A stretch of DNA of 64,000 bases from Candidatus Poribacteria bacterium (GCA_965205025.1 CBDBFU010000028.1:96001-160000), one strand, 5' to 3'; shown: positions 9,765 through 20,898, numbered from the stretch's first letter. Notes: generated by a model from the letters alone, not told the origin. Made by a program: numbers and translations.

Positions 9765-11825
9765 ATGCAAAACCGAAAACCTACACAGTTGAATGTTGTC
9801 TCGGACGACCCTACAGGGAATACTTGGGCGTTGCCAAATGGGGCAATTGTGCGATTTGGAAAAGGTGATCTGGGTGGTGTTAAACTTTCCCTTGATAACA
9901 CGTATTTTGCCGTTGGCACTGGATCAGGTCTATGGTGGTATGATGTCCCTTCAATGATACCGATCTCACTATGGGAAACGGAAAAAGGATTGATTAATTC
10001 CATAGTTTTCTCTCCTGAGGGTAAGTGGATCGTTACAAACAATTGGAGTGGTACCCTTAAGGTGTTAGACATTCAAACTGGGAAGTGTGTTTATAAAATG
10101 GAAGATCAATGGGCATGGGACGGAATTGCCTTTTCGCCTAACGGAGGGCGAATTGCAATTGCAGGAGAAGACATTAAGGTGCTGGATATGCAGCGCGGCG
10201 TGTGCATTGCACAGATGGTTGAAGAGACACATGAAGATGTGTCAAGTCATATTGATCAACTTACCTTTTCGCCTAATGGACAATATGTTGCAGCTGAAGT
10301 TATAAATTCTGAGGTATATTCGGATGATGGCGAACTTCTTAATCCTGGAGCAGCGGGGAATCAAATTTATATCTGGGATTCAGGAACAGGAACACAGTTG
10401 GCAAAGTTCCCGAGTGAAAGATTTGCTTTTTCTCCTGATAGTCGTTTAGTAGCGTATGCAGCACCTGACGATAACGATCCTGACAGCGTTGACTGCTGCG
10501 TATCGGTATGGGATATAGCAGCAAAGGAACGGATTGCTCACTTTATAGGACATAGTGATTATATTAATGATATTATCTTTTCACCTTGCGGGAAGTTCAT
10601 CGTATCAAGTCGAAAAACGCTACGGGTATGGGATCTGGCAACGGGAAAACAGAAATCCGTTTTTTCAATGTCAACTGACGACGAGATCGAGTTTGTCCGT
10701 CCAAGACCGGTCTACTCACCAGAAGGTGTGCTACATGCAGAAGTGACTAACTATGACAAGCGGCTTATTGAAGTGTGGGATATAGAAAGCAACAAAAAAT
10801 TACAGATACTTGAGTGGCCCCATGGCATTGGAAGCGAGTGTTTTGCCTTATGTCCTGATTTGGTTATCATCTACGCATTATCTTCTGATTGCACGGATGG
10901 AAAAACGCACACATTTCCGGCACTTCGTGAGCCTCGTTTTCCGTGGCCGGAAGCGATGGCTGTTTGGTTGGATGATCAAACGCTTGCAAGCAGAAGCATT
11001 AGGCAAGGTATCGTTTTATGGGATATTCCGCAAAAACGGGTACGGGAAACATTGATGGATGACAAAAATTTTGACTATTTTACTATTTCGATTCACGGGA
11101 GTATATTGGCAATGGAAATTGGGGACACAATCAAAATATGGGATGCTGGTGTATCGCGTAAACCAATCGTGGAGTTTACCATACCGCCTGAGGAGTTGAT
11201 ACTTCACAGAGGCAGGTTCGCTCCTACAGGTGACCAGTTTGCCACTGCAAATAGAAATGGTGCATTCTATGTGTGGCATTTCGAATCACCGGAATATCCT
11301 ACAAAGTTTGCAGGTCATACAGACCGCGTTGATTCGCTTGTGTTTTCACCAGACGGCAAACAGCTGGTAAGTGGCTCATCAGATAAAACTGTCCGATTGT
11401 GGGATGTTGAAGCATGCGGGGAGATTGCTATATTGCCCATGGACGAACCTCGTATACCAATGGGAGTAACGTTTTCACCGTGTGGCAACCTAATTGCTGG
11501 TGGAATGGACAACAAAATCCGTTTGTGGTGTGCTAAGCAACTGACAATACTACACACAATACCGCAATCTGAGAATAACATGCGGACTTATGCTCTTGCT
11601 TTTTCACCTTGTGGAAAGTATCTGGCATCTGGCACTTGGTGGCAGCCAGGGATGGAGAAGATGGCTATTCGGATATGGGATGTTGCTACAGGTGAGAATA
11701 TTCATACATTTTGGGGGCATAACTCAGATGTGCAATCACTTGCCTTTTCACCAAACGGTACAATGCTGGCGAGTAGTGGTTTTGATGGTACAATTTTAGT
11801 GTGGGATTTGAAACCGTATCTATAG
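9765..11825 (+). CDS. Cytoplasmic WD40 repeat protein (WDLKPYL subfamily)
   Basis: AAGGAGG SD; LPNGAIVRFGKG motif; homologous to the propeller part of 6992..9745. Confidence 0.9.
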   Translation: MQNRKPTQLNVVSDDPTGNTWALPNGAIVRFGKGDLGGVKLSLDNTYFAVGTGSGLWWYDVPSMIPISLWETEKGLINSIVFSPEGKWIVTNNWSGTLKVLDIQTGKCVYKMEDQWAWDGIAFSPNGGRIAIAGEDIKVLDMQRGVCIAQMVEETHEDVSSHIDQLTFSPNGQYVAAEVINSEVYSDDGELLNPGAAGNQIYIWDSGTGTQLAKFPSERFAFSPDSRLVAYAAPDDNDPDSVDCCVSVWDIAAKERIAHFIGHSDYINDIIFSPCGKFIVSSRKTLRVWDLATGKQKSVFSMSTDDEIEFVRPRPVYSPEGVLHAEVTNYDKRLIEVWDIESNKKLQILEWPHGIGSECFALCPDLVIIYALSSDCTDGKTHTFPALREPRFPWPEAMAVWLDDQTLASRSIRQGIVLWDIPQKRVRETLMDDKNFDYFTISIHGSILAMEIGDTIKIWDAGVSRKPIVEFTIPPEELILHRGRFAPTGDQFATANRNGAFYVWHFESPEYPTKFAGHTDRVDSLVFSPDGKQLVSGSSDKTVRLWDVEACGEIAILPMDEPRIPMGVTFSPCGNLIAGGMDNKIRLWCAKQLTILHTIPQSENNMRTYALAFSPCGKYLASGTWWQPGMEKMAIRIWDVATGENIHTFWGHNSDVQSLAFSPNGTMLASSGFDGTILVWDLKPYL

Positions 11826-11874
11826 TTGTTAGCCTTTACAACAAACAAATCGAGTGCCTCAAAAATTGTGGATG

Positions 11875-12040
11875 TTTTAACTCCACGATCAACTTATGGG
11901 ATGTTGATACTGGTGAAAAAATGAAAACACTTATTGGACATACAAGTCATGTGACAGGTGTCGAGTTTAGTCCTGATGGGAAAACTCTTGTAAGTGGTAG
12001 TAGAGATGGCGCTGTGTTTATCTGGGAAATAAACATCTAA
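11875..12040 (+). pseudogene. Orphan C-terminal WD40 blade fragment
   Basis: Translates NSTINLWDVDTGEKMKTLIGH...GAVFIWEINI*; last ~65 nt near-identical to 3' end and downstream flank of 15271..16203. Confidence 0.75.
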
Positions 12041-12078
12041 TGTTTCATTACTTGATATGTGCAATATTAAAAGTTTTT

Positions 12079-12130
12079 CTCAATTATGACGATTCTGCAA
12101 CTAATTCCTATTCATATCGCGTCACCTATA
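12079..12130 (+). promoter_or_regulatory. Putative ECF sigma promoter
   Basis: CTCAATTATGAC..TGCAAC(12096)-N17-GCGTC(12119)ACCTATA; same motif upstream of other array genes. Confidence 0.65.
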
Positions 12131-12164
12131 AATGAAAACAGCAATTTGTTTATGGAGGGCTCTG

Positions 12165-14672
12165 ATGGAAAGAGACGACACACAATTGATTCATAGTATA
12201 TTGTCAGGTGATGAGGATGCTTTTAGTGAATTAGTTAGGAAACATGAAAAAAGTGTCCACGCACATGCATGGCGTAAAACAAAAGATTACCATATTGCAG
12301 AAGAAATAACACAAGATGCTTTTCTGCAAGCATATAAAAAACTTGCATCGCTGAGAAACCCAGATCAGTTCGGTGGATGGATATGTGTAATCACGGATCG
12401 CCTTTGCACAGCATGGTTACGCAAGAAAAAACTATATATGCAATCGTTGGAATCTGTCAGTAATGAGGTTCTGGAGAAAACAGCGTATACCTCCTATATT
12501 GCTGAACAACATGAAGAAGAAGTCGCTGAGCGTCGCCGTGAAATCATTGAAAGCCTTATGGCAATGCTGCCAGCGAATGAGCGCACAGCGATGGTTCTCT
12601 ATTACCTTGGAGAGATGTCTTGTGAAGAAGTTGGCAAGTATTTAGGTGTATCTACGAACACGGTGAAAAGTCGTCTTAGCCGTGCTCGAAATCGTTTAAA
12701 AGCTGTCAAATTTGATGCAAAACCCGATATCTTATACCAGGTTGAACACGATTCAATCCCCGCTAAAAGTAGAAAAAGCGGACGCATAATAGGAGTTAAA
12801 TCGATGCAGAACAATTTAGTACAAGAGCCGACACAATGGAACTTACCAGAAACTGCAAAAACCCGTCTCGGTAGAGGGAAAATACGTGAAATACAGTATT
12901 CTCCCGACGGAACAATTCTTGCAGTGGCAAGCAGTATCGGTATATGGCTCTATGATATGAAAACATATCAAGAAATTGCACTACTTACCGAACATCCAAG
13001 TCAAGTTTCCAGCGTGGCATTCAGTCCAGATGGATGCACTTTAGCAAGTGGAAGTATGGATGGAACCATTCATCTATGGGATATAAAAACAAGTTCGTAC
13101 AAAAACATCTTAGAATCCTCGGATAGAACCTTAAGTCCTTTTACTGTCAGGGCACCGAGTTTGGCATTTAGTCCAGATGGAAAAACGCTTGTATGTGGAT
13201 ATAAAAAAACTATCCATATTTTCAATGCAATCACAGGTGAACTTAAGAATTCACTGATTACAGATACTTCTGGAGTAATCACACACATCGAATTCAGTCC
13301 AGATAGTGAAACGATTATTTGTGGTAGTATATACGGTGAAATCTCGCTGTGGGATGCGATCACAGGAAAACACAAGAACACAATTCCAGAACCGAGTGAT
13401 TGTGAGCATGCCATTGCATTTAATACTATTGGGCAAACATACGCTGTGAGTAATGTTATATCGGAACAAGATTGTGGTATTTACATCAACGACTTAAATA
13501 CAGGTGAGCTCAAGAACAAACTCACTGGAGATTCAATGCGAGTTGACTGTTTGGCATTTAATCCCTCGGACAATACCATCGCTACAAGTACGGAGGAAGG
13601 AATCTATCTTTGGGATGCACACACTGGTAAACACAGATTCACACTCAATGACGACTCACCTGACATGGAATTTAGATCTGACTTGGAATTTAGTCCGGAT
13701 GGGAAAACACTCGCGAGTGAAAGATGTGATGGTATTATCCGCTTCTGGGATGCGCACACAGGTAATCCAAAATATGATACTTTCAATGGGCATAACGGGT
13801 TTACGGAATCTTTTGCTTTTACTTCAAATGGAAAGACTGTTACAATTGCTTATGGCTATGGTACAATCCGTGTATGGGACACTAACACAGGACACCTCAT
13901 TAAAACACACAATGAGTTTAGAGATCCGATGTTAAACTATGAAATAGAAAATTTAATGTGTATTCCTGATGGAAAAATATTGGCATGGGGAGCTGGTGGT
14001 GAATCGGGTGAGTCCCGCATGCAATTATGGGATACAGTCACAGGTGAACACATAAACATAAATCTACCAGCGAAATATGAATGGAAAAACCATAACTTGG
14101 AACTCAGTCCCGTCGGAAATACACTTGCAATTGTATTTGATGACAATCTGCTCAGATTATGCAATATGTTTACGGGTGAAGAAAAGTTTGTCCTATCCAA
14201 CCCTAACAAAGATTTTTTTGATATGGCATTTAGTCCTGATGGTAAAACCCTCGCAAGTGGGAGTGACGACAATACCGTCCGTCTTTGGGATATTGACATA
14301 GGTGAACACAAGAAAACACTTACAGGACATACAGATGGGGTGTGTGACTTAGCGTTCAGTCCTGATGGGAAAACACTTGCATGTGGAGGCGGTGAAATCA
14401 TCTTCTTATGGGATATAGATACAGGAGATAACACCAAGAAGTTAATAAAACCTACACATCGCGTGTGTGACTTAGCGTTCAGTCCAGATGGAAAAACGCT
14501 CGCAAGTGGAGGATTTGAGAGTAACATTAACTTGTGGGATCCACACACCGGTGAGCACATTAAAACATTGACAGGTCATACAGCCTGGGTAAGAAGTATT
14601 AAGTTCAGTCCAGATGGAAAATTTCTTGGAAGTAGAAGTGACGATGGGACTGTACTTATTTGGAATATATAG
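12165..14672 (+). CDS. ECF sigma-70 factor fused to WD40 propellers (no TM helix)
   Basis: GGAGG SD before ATG 12165 (track start 12132); IAEEITQDAFLQAY, FGGW, GVSTNTVKSRLSRAR; WD blades follow LPETAKTRLGRG. Confidence 0.9.
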   Translation: MERDDTQLIHSILSGDEDAFSELVRKHEKSVHAHAWRKTKDYHIAEEITQDAFLQAYKKLASLRNPDQFGGWICVITDRLCTAWLRKKKLYMQSLESVSNEVLEKTAYTSYIAEQHEEEVAERRREIIESLMAMLPANERTAMVLYYLGEMSCEEVGKYLGVSTNTVKSRLSRARNRLKAVKFDAKPDILYQVEHDSIPAKSRKSGRIIGVKSMQNNLVQEPTQWNLPETAKTRLGRGKIREIQYSPDGTILAVASSIGIWLYDMKTYQEIALLTEHPSQVSSVAFSPDGCTLASGSMDGTIHLWDIKTSSYKNILESSDRTLSPFTVRAPSLAFSPDGKTLVCGYKKTIHIFNAITGELKNSLITDTSGVITHIEFSPDSETIICGSIYGEISLWDAITGKHKNTIPEPSDCEHAIAFNTIGQTYAVSNVISEQDCGIYINDLNTGELKNKLTGDSMRVDCLAFNPSDNTIATSTEEGIYLWDAHTGKHRFTLNDDSPDMEFRSDLEFSPDGKTLASERCDGIIRFWDAHTGNPKYDTFNGHNGFTESFAFTSNGKTVTIAYGYGTIRVWDTNTGHLIKTHNEFRDPMLNYEIENLMCIPDGKILAWGAGGESGESRMQLWDTVTGEHININLPAKYEWKNHNLELSPVGNTLAIVFDDNLLRLCNMFTGEEKFVLSNPNKDFFDMAFSPDGKTLASGSDDNTVRLWDIDIGEHKKTLTGHTDGVCDLAFSPDGKTLACGGGEIIFLWDIDTGDNTKKLIKPTHRVCDLAFSPDGKTLASGGFESNINLWDPHTGEHIKTLTGHTAWVRSIKFSPDGKFLGSRSDDGTVLIWNI

Positions 14673-14845
14673 AAACGTCTAAGAATATATGCACATATTC
14701 TTAGATTTTACAATTATAGTGAAATCTGAAAATATGTGCACACTCCCTGGTAGATGCGGTTGCTAACCAATGCAGAGGATCACACGGGGAATCATGGCGA
14801 ATACCATACGCGTATTCACCAAAAGGCATTGCCAGATGGCAACCC

Positions 14846-14915
14846 CCTTGCAAGAGGCAGTAGAGATGGCACTGTCCTATTGTGGGATCTTACTACCTCA
14901 GTCCTTAATCAATAG
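14846..14915 (+). pseudogene. Orphan C-terminal WD40 blade fragment
   Basis: Translates LARGSRDGTVLLWDLTTSVLNQ* with no upstream gene body. Confidence 0.6.
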
Positions 14916-15039
14916 ACATATTATCTATTTTTAAAAGAAACAGCCTTAAAGTGCATCCATGAATGTGTATATAGTGGCAGACATTGTGTTTCAATAATTC
15001 TAACAAGTAGCCTTCGTTATATCAACCCTGATAGACATC

Positions 15040-15083
15040 ATTAAGAGATCATAGTCAGTATTATTCAACTATGATCTCTTAAT
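15040..15083. repeat. Perfect 16-bp inverted repeat (hairpin or operator)
   Basis: ATTAAGAGATCATAGT-N12-ACTATGATCTCTTAAT. Confidence 0.85.
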
Positions 15084-15129
15084 TGTGACAATCTTGCACC
15101 CAACTCGCTCAGAAAACGCGTCCCCTATA
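15079..15129 (+). promoter_or_regulatory. Putative ECF sigma promoter
   Basis: TTAATTGTGAC..TGCACC(15095)-N17-GCGTC(15118)CCCTATA. Confidence 0.6.
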
Positions 15130-15270
15130 TTGGAAACTAAAATAGACCGATATTCATTTAATAGGACACTTTTGAGTTGTAAGGGACCTCCGATTCCCGG
15201 TTATTAAATGCAGTTCGTCGCGATTCGGAGATAGTTCCTTGATAACACAGCAATTTAAGGAGAGAAAACT

Positions 15271-16203
15271 ATGGAGATAACGAGTGCGGACTACGCACTT
15301 TATTTAACATTAGAAGGACATCAGGAAGGAGTCAATAGTGTTGTATTCAATCGGGATGGTAATACACTCGCAGCAGACATGGATAACACTATCAGGTTAT
15401 GGGATATTTTCACAGGGCAAGAAAAGAAGATGTACTGGGTGGATATAGGGGAGCATTCCACAAGTAGTGTTAGAAGTGTTGCAATTAGTCCGAATGGATG
15501 TATTATCGCTGGGGGTGTCAACGAAAGCGAGACAATCTGTCTTTGGGATTTAGAAACAACGAGACAGACCCATTTATTGCGTGAGAGGACAAGTAAAGCT
15601 ATGCATTGGGTCAATACTGTGGCATTTAGTGTTGATGGTAAGATGCTCGCAAGTGGAAGTGAGGATGGGAACCTATACTTGTGGAATGTAAGGACAGGTG
15701 AAAAACTAAAAGCACTTACTGAGGGTACAGAGAATATCTTTAGTATTGCATTTTGTCCTGATGGTAAAACGTTAGTGAGTGGAAATGCTGGCAACACTAT
15801 CCGTCTGTGGGATATTGGTTCAGGTAAAAACATCGCGACGTTGGATGGGCATGCTGATTGGGTCTTTTCTGTAGCAGTTAGCCATGATGGCAAAACACTT
15901 GCCAGCGGAAGTAAGGATAAAACTATCCGTATATGGGATACGAACACAAAACAAGAATTAAAATCACTTATCGGACATAAGCACATCGTCTGGAGTGTCG
16001 CAATTAGTCCTGATGGTAAAACACTTGCAAGTGGAAGTGAAGACAACACCATACGTCTGTGGGATATTGCTACAGGAGAACAACTTACAACCATAACAGG
16101 ACACACCGCACCAGTGAAATGTGTCACCTTTAGTCCAGATGGCACAAAAGTGGCAAGTAGTACTGACGATGGCGCTGTGTTTATATGGGAAATAAACATC
16201 TAA
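15271..16203 (+). CDS. Single 7-blade WD40 protein
   Basis: AAGGAG SD; seven canonical WD repeats. Confidence 0.9.
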   Translation: MEITSADYALYLTLEGHQEGVNSVVFNRDGNTLAADMDNTIRLWDIFTGQEKKMYWVDIGEHSTSSVRSVAISPNGCIIAGGVNESETICLWDLETTRQTHLLRERTSKAMHWVNTVAFSVDGKMLASGSEDGNLYLWNVRTGEKLKALTEGTENIFSIAFCPDGKTLVSGNAGNTIRLWDIGSGKNIATLDGHADWVFSVAVSHDGKTLASGSKDKTIRIWDTNTKQELKSLIGHKHIVWSVAISPDGKTLASGSEDNTIRLWDIATGEQLTTITGHTAPVKCVTFSPDGTKVASSTDDGAVFIWEINI

Positions 16204-16232
16204 TGTTTTATTACTTGATATGTGCAATATTA

Positions 16233-16345
16233 CAAGACCTATGCATTTTTACGTGATAACGGATGTCCGATGCACTGCAGAGTTTTTACTGGGATATTTC
16301 TTCAGGGTTTTGAACCCCACCAGCGAGGGGGCTGCGTAAGTCGTT
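16233..16345. mobile_element. Degenerate MITE (CAGGACTTACGCA-type ends)
   Basis: CAAGACCTATGCA ... TGCGTAAGTCGTT; same right end at 27220. Confidence 0.45.
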
Positions 16346-16480
16346 CTAAATTTATGACAATTTACGAGCGATTTAAGTAAACCTCATAAAAGAAAGAATA
16401 TGCTAAAATGTATACAAGGATATGGATTTCACAGATATGGATGACTCAAAATGAAAAAGACGTAGTTTTCATTCTTCTTA

Positions 16481-16639
16481 GACATAAAAAGTGGAGAAGT
16501 ATTGAAAACAATTAAAGGTCATAATGGTAGATTGCTCGGATTGTCTTTTTCTAAAGATGGGAATCTACTTGCAAGTGTATGCAATAGTCGGAATATAATA
16601 ATATGGGATTTACCAACATTGTTTCTACAAGAACAGTAA
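16481..16639 (+). pseudogene. Orphan C-terminal WD40 blade fragment
   Basis: Translates DIKSGEVLKTIKGHNG...NIIIWDLPTLFLQEQ*. Confidence 0.65.
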
Positions 16640-16755
16640 TACCATTTCTATTTAAATAGTTCACATCACGAGCACTCTTAGTAGTCCCCCTGATAAGGGG
16701 GATTTAGGGGGTTTCTTCAATCAGTAATGAGCAATCATCATTTAGAAATGGTATA
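16638..16755. mobile_element. MITE, TACCATTT..AAATGGTA TIR family
   Basis: ATACCATTTCTA / TAGAAATGGTAT ends; internal CCCCCTGATAAGGGGG hairpin; related ends at 23748 and 54896. Confidence 0.65.
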
Positions 16756-16854
16756 ATATACTTTGTGAATAAGAATTAAATTGTATGTATATTTGCAAAC
16801 GATAATTTAAAATAAATGCATAAATTAACTACCATGAAATGAGAGGATGAGGGC

Positions 16855-18828
16855 ATGAAGACCCAAATTATATTGATTCTACCAATTATCTCTTTTTGCT
16901 TTGCAATGAGTGCAATTTGTTATGCAAGAGAATATATAGAAAATTATTTACCTGAAGGTGCAATCGCTCGTTTTGGTAAGGGTTATGTATTTCACTTTGC
17001 ATATTCACCTGACGGCTCAAAATTTGCTGTAGCCAGCACTATCGGTGTATGGTTATACGATACTGAGTCCTATGAAGAAATAAAACTATTTACCGGTAAT
17101 ACGGATTATCTCAATTTTGTAGAATTTAGTCCTGACGGAAATACACTCATTCAGGTATTTTATGAGTACGAAACATCATCACACATAATTCAGATATGGG
17201 ATGTTTTAAATGGGGATCTTGTCTCTACCCTTAAAGGGGATTTCAATGAAATTGCCAACATTATCTTTAATCATAACAGTAAAACTGTTGCAATTAGTGG
17301 GAGAAATGGTAGTTTCATACATATTTGGAATCTAATCACAGAGAATTTAATAGAACTTAGGGGCCATACTGATGAAGTGCAGAGAACAGCCTTCAGTCCA
17401 GATGGAAAAACATTGGCAAGTGGAGGAAAAGATGAAGTAATTCGTCTATGGGATGTAGAATCCGGTGAACTTAAACATACTTTTGCTGGACATGCACTTT
17501 CAATTGATTTCCTAAAATATGCATCCGATGGAGAAATGATTGTCAGTCACGGCGGTGACAACAACGTTTGTCTATGGAATGCAGAGTCGGGTGAATTAAT
17601 ACACATCATTTCAGATTTTAAAGATGAAATTACAGATCTTGATTTTGCTGCGGATGGGAAGACTCTGGTGACTGCTAATTCAAATGGTCTTATACAGACG
17701 TGGAATATGCCTACGGGAAGAAAACTTGATGAATTTAAATGGAATACACATGTAGAATTCGTTCAGTTTTCATTTGATATGAATACCATTGCAGCCTACG
17801 ATGATAAAGGATCTATTCTCCTGTTCTCATCAAACGGCTTAGAATTACGCCATACCTTAAAAATGATAGGTAGGGAATCTATAAATGACTTAGCATTCTC
17901 TCCTGATGGAAGTATGATTGCAGCATCAAATGGATTCGACATTAACTTCTGGAATATTGAAACTGGTGATTTAGTAGACGCAATTACAGGTTATTATGAA
18001 GTTGTCGGTGAAGCATTGTTTATTCCAGATCGTGATTTGTTAGTAAGCGTTGATAGGGGTGTAAGAATTTGGGATTTGAATACCTTAAAATTACAGAGAA
18101 CCTTGCCATCTACAGAATCAGTTAGACGTATTCAATTATCACCAGATGGGAATACCTTGGCATGTGGAAATTCGGACAATCTTGTTCTACTATTCGATGT
18201 AAATACTTGGTTGAATAAATATACCCATAAGGGACATATTAATGGTATATCTTCGGTTGCCTTCAGTCCAGATGGAAACACTCTTGTTAGTAGCAGTTGG
18301 GATAATACAATACGATTATGGAATGTCCACACTGGAAAATACATGTCTACATTAAAAGGGGAGACCTCTGAACCTGAGTATGTGACCTTTACACCAAATG
18401 GCAAGAGAGTGGTGAGTATTGATGATGAAAAGATACGATTTTGGGATATTAATACAGGTATTCTTGAAAAAACAATTGATTCAGAAGAAGATGAAGTATA
18501 CTCTTTTGTATTTTCTCCAGATGGTAGGATGGTTGTCAGTAGTGTGGGCAAAAAGATACTTTTTTGGGATATTGATTCTGGGGAACTAAAGAAGAGTATC
18601 CCTGTTGAAACCTGGGTAAACTCTTTAGCATATTCTCCAGATGGAAAAACGATTGCATGTGCTGGGTATAATACTGTTTCTCTCCATAATTCTAATACAG
18701 GAGAACTCAAAAAGACATTTACCGGACATATTGGTCCAGTAAATTCAGTCTCCTTTTCTGCAGATGGAAAGACACTCGCCTCAGGCAGTCGGGATAGCAC
18801 AGTAATCCTATGGGATTTAAGTAAATAA
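16855..18828 (+). CDS. Secreted WD40 repeat protein
   Basis: Signal peptide, LPEGAIARFGKG, multiple WD blades. Confidence 0.9.
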   Translation: MKTQIILILPIISFCFAMSAICYAREYIENYLPEGAIARFGKGYVFHFAYSPDGSKFAVASTIGVWLYDTESYEEIKLFTGNTDYLNFVEFSPDGNTLIQVFYEYETSSHIIQIWDVLNGDLVSTLKGDFNEIANIIFNHNSKTVAISGRNGSFIHIWNLITENLIELRGHTDEVQRTAFSPDGKTLASGGKDEVIRLWDVESGELKHTFAGHALSIDFLKYASDGEMIVSHGGDNNVCLWNAESGELIHIISDFKDEITDLDFAADGKTLVTANSNGLIQTWNMPTGRKLDEFKWNTHVEFVQFSFDMNTIAAYDDKGSILLFSSNGLELRHTLKMIGRESINDLAFSPDGSMIAASNGFDINFWNIETGDLVDAITGYYEVVGEALFIPDRDLLVSVDRGVRIWDLNTLKLQRTLPSTESVRRIQLSPDGNTLACGNSDNLVLLFDVNTWLNKYTHKGHINGISSVAFSPDGNTLVSSSWDNTIRLWNVHTGKYMSTLKGETSEPEYVTFTPNGKRVVSIDDEKIRFWDINTGILEKTIDSEEDEVYSFVFSPDGRMVVSSVGKKILFWDIDSGELKKSIPVETWVNSLAYSPDGKTIACAGYNTVSLHNSNTGELKKTFTGHIGPVNSVSFSADGKTLASGSRDSTVILWDLSK

Positions 18829-18912
18829 ATCCAAGTATTACTCCATTATTGAGATAAATTATATACTTGTTTGAAATTGAGATAAAATTATAATCATTTG
18901 TGAGATAGAAAT

Positions 18913-20808
18913 ATGAAGATAATAAGGACATTAATAATTACTTTTACACTAATTCCTATGTTATATTGTATCTGTGTCTATGCTCAAGGATTAGAAGAGA
19001 TCAGTTTACCTGATGGTGCCAAAGCAAGAATTGGCAATGGTAGAGCAATGAAGGTCAAATACTTTCCGGATGGTACTCGAATTGCAATCGCATGTTCTAT
19101 AGGTATATGGATTTATGATTTACAAACGGAAGAAACGATAGATCTTCTCACAGGTCACACAGGTCCTGTCAATTCATTAGTTTTCAACCCTGATGGGAGT
19201 ATGTTTGCTACTGCCAGTGACGATAATACCGTTGTGTTATGGGATTCGAATACAGGAGAAAATTTACGAAGACTTAGGGGGCATGGTGATGACGTTAATG
19301 ATGTTTCTTTTAACCCTGACGGACAGATACTTGCAACAGCAAGTGATGATAACTCGGTCGGATTATGGAATATAAAAACAGGAGAAAAGATTAAGGATAT
19401 ACGAGGACATTCAGATAACGTACTTGCACTGATGTATTCAATGGATGGATCTATAATTGCAAGTGGTTCTTATGGGAACGGTGATACTGTTTGTATATCA
19501 AATCCAACTTCAGCTGAAGTTTTACACCAAATTTCTGACGAACAATATGGTATACAAGATGTTGAATCGGTGGATTTCTTAAAGGGCAGTACTCTATTTG
19601 CAGTAGCAAGTTATGAGAAAATAAGTCTAATAGATGGAATTACAGGAAAACTGATGAGTACTTGTCACGTGGAAAGTTGGATGGATCAAATATATTCAGT
19701 TGAGTTTGCTCCTGACGGAAAGACACTTGCAAGTGGTACTGGCAACAATGGAGTATGTATTTGGGATGTTGCCACAGGAGAATTATTACAAGAACTTGGA
19801 ACAGACGATTCAGTTATTTCTGTGACCTATTCTGCAGATGGAAATACGCTTATAAGTGTAACCGAAGATGGGATCATACACTTTTGGGATTTGAATAATG
19901 AAAAACTCACGAATACGATTACAGATTTTTCGTTTTATATATATTCAATGGTGTTTTCATCCGATGGAAAAACACTTGTCTGTGGAAATAAGTCAAAGAT
20001 ATCTATCTGGAATCCTGAAACATTAGAAATTATAAAAACTATTCGCGGACAAAAAGGTCAAGTCACATCACTTGCATTTTTACCAGATGAAAAAGTACTG
20101 GCTTCATCAGATTCTAACAATAGTCGTTTATGGGATATAAAAACTGGAAGATTCCTCGGGAGTTTTAAAGGTCATACAAACACAGTTAAATCAATCGCAA
20201 TTTCTCCTGATGGAAAAATGTTAGCAAGCGGGAGTCAAGATAGCTCAATTAGACTATGGGAGATTCGCACCAATAATCAATATATGATTGGGGATCAAAT
20301 AGCAATATTGAAAGACCATACAAGGAGAATTACCTCCGTAACATTGTCACCAGATGGCAGTACACTTCTAAGTGGGAGTTTTGATAATTCTCTTATGTTA
20401 TGGGATGTTGAAAATAGAAAACTCTTAAAAACATTGAATGAACACAAAGATATAGTCGATTCAGTAGCATTCTCACCAGATGGAAATACATTTGCAAGTG
20501 GGGATCGAGGCGGACGGGTGTGTTTATGGGATAGTAAGACACAAGAACTCATAAGGACTATTAGGGCACCAACCTATTGGGTAGATTGCATTACATATTC
20601 ACCTGATGGAATGTTTCTCTCATTTGGGAGTGATGACCTTGTAAATGTGTATGACTTGAAGTTAGAAGTAATTATAAACACCTTCCGTGGACATACCAAT
20701 TTGGTGAATAGTCTCGTCTATTCCCCAGATGGAAGAATACTTGCCAGTAGCTGCCGGGATGGAAGCATACTGTTATGGGATCTATCAAAATTGGTTGATG
20801 ATAAGTAG
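18913..20808 (+). CDS. Secreted WD40 repeat protein
   Basis: Signal peptide ending VYA-Q, LPDGAKARIGNG, multiple WD blades. Confidence 0.9.
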   Translation: MKIIRTLIITFTLIPMLYCICVYAQGLEEISLPDGAKARIGNGRAMKVKYFPDGTRIAIACSIGIWIYDLQTEETIDLLTGHTGPVNSLVFNPDGSMFATASDDNTVVLWDSNTGENLRRLRGHGDDVNDVSFNPDGQILATASDDNSVGLWNIKTGEKIKDIRGHSDNVLALMYSMDGSIIASGSYGNGDTVCISNPTSAEVLHQISDEQYGIQDVESVDFLKGSTLFAVASYEKISLIDGITGKLMSTCHVESWMDQIYSVEFAPDGKTLASGTGNNGVCIWDVATGELLQELGTDDSVISVTYSADGNTLISVTEDGIIHFWDLNNEKLTNTITDFSFYIYSMVFSSDGKTLVCGNKSKISIWNPETLEIIKTIRGQKGQVTSLAFLPDEKVLASSDSNNSRLWDIKTGRFLGSFKGHTNTVKSIAISPDGKMLASGSQDSSIRLWEIRTNNQYMIGDQIAILKDHTRRITSVTLSPDGSTLLSGSFDNSLMLWDVENRKLLKTLNEHKDIVDSVAFSPDGNTFASGDRGGRVCLWDSKTQELIRTIRAPTYWVDCITYSPDGMFLSFGSDDLVNVYDLKLEVIINTFRGHTNLVNSLVYSPDGRILASSCRDGSILLWDLSKLVDDK

Positions 20809-20864
20809 GGATAGTCCACGTTTAGAATTCACTTTTTCCAAAACCTGCAATTTTTTTTATTTTT

Positions 20865-20898
20865 TGCACCCTTTTTTGTCCTTAATTGTATCTTTATA
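20865..20898 (+). promoter_or_regulatory. Putative ECF sigma promoter (variant -10)
   Basis: TGCACC(20865)-N17-GTATC(20888)TTTATA upstream of a sigma fusion gene. Confidence 0.45.

Noticed and set aside
11801-11875. 5' part of the 79-aa ORF 11801..12040 as a real small gene
   Set aside because: Start overlaps the previous gene without an RBS; only the 3' WD blade is homologous, so it is listed as a fragment.
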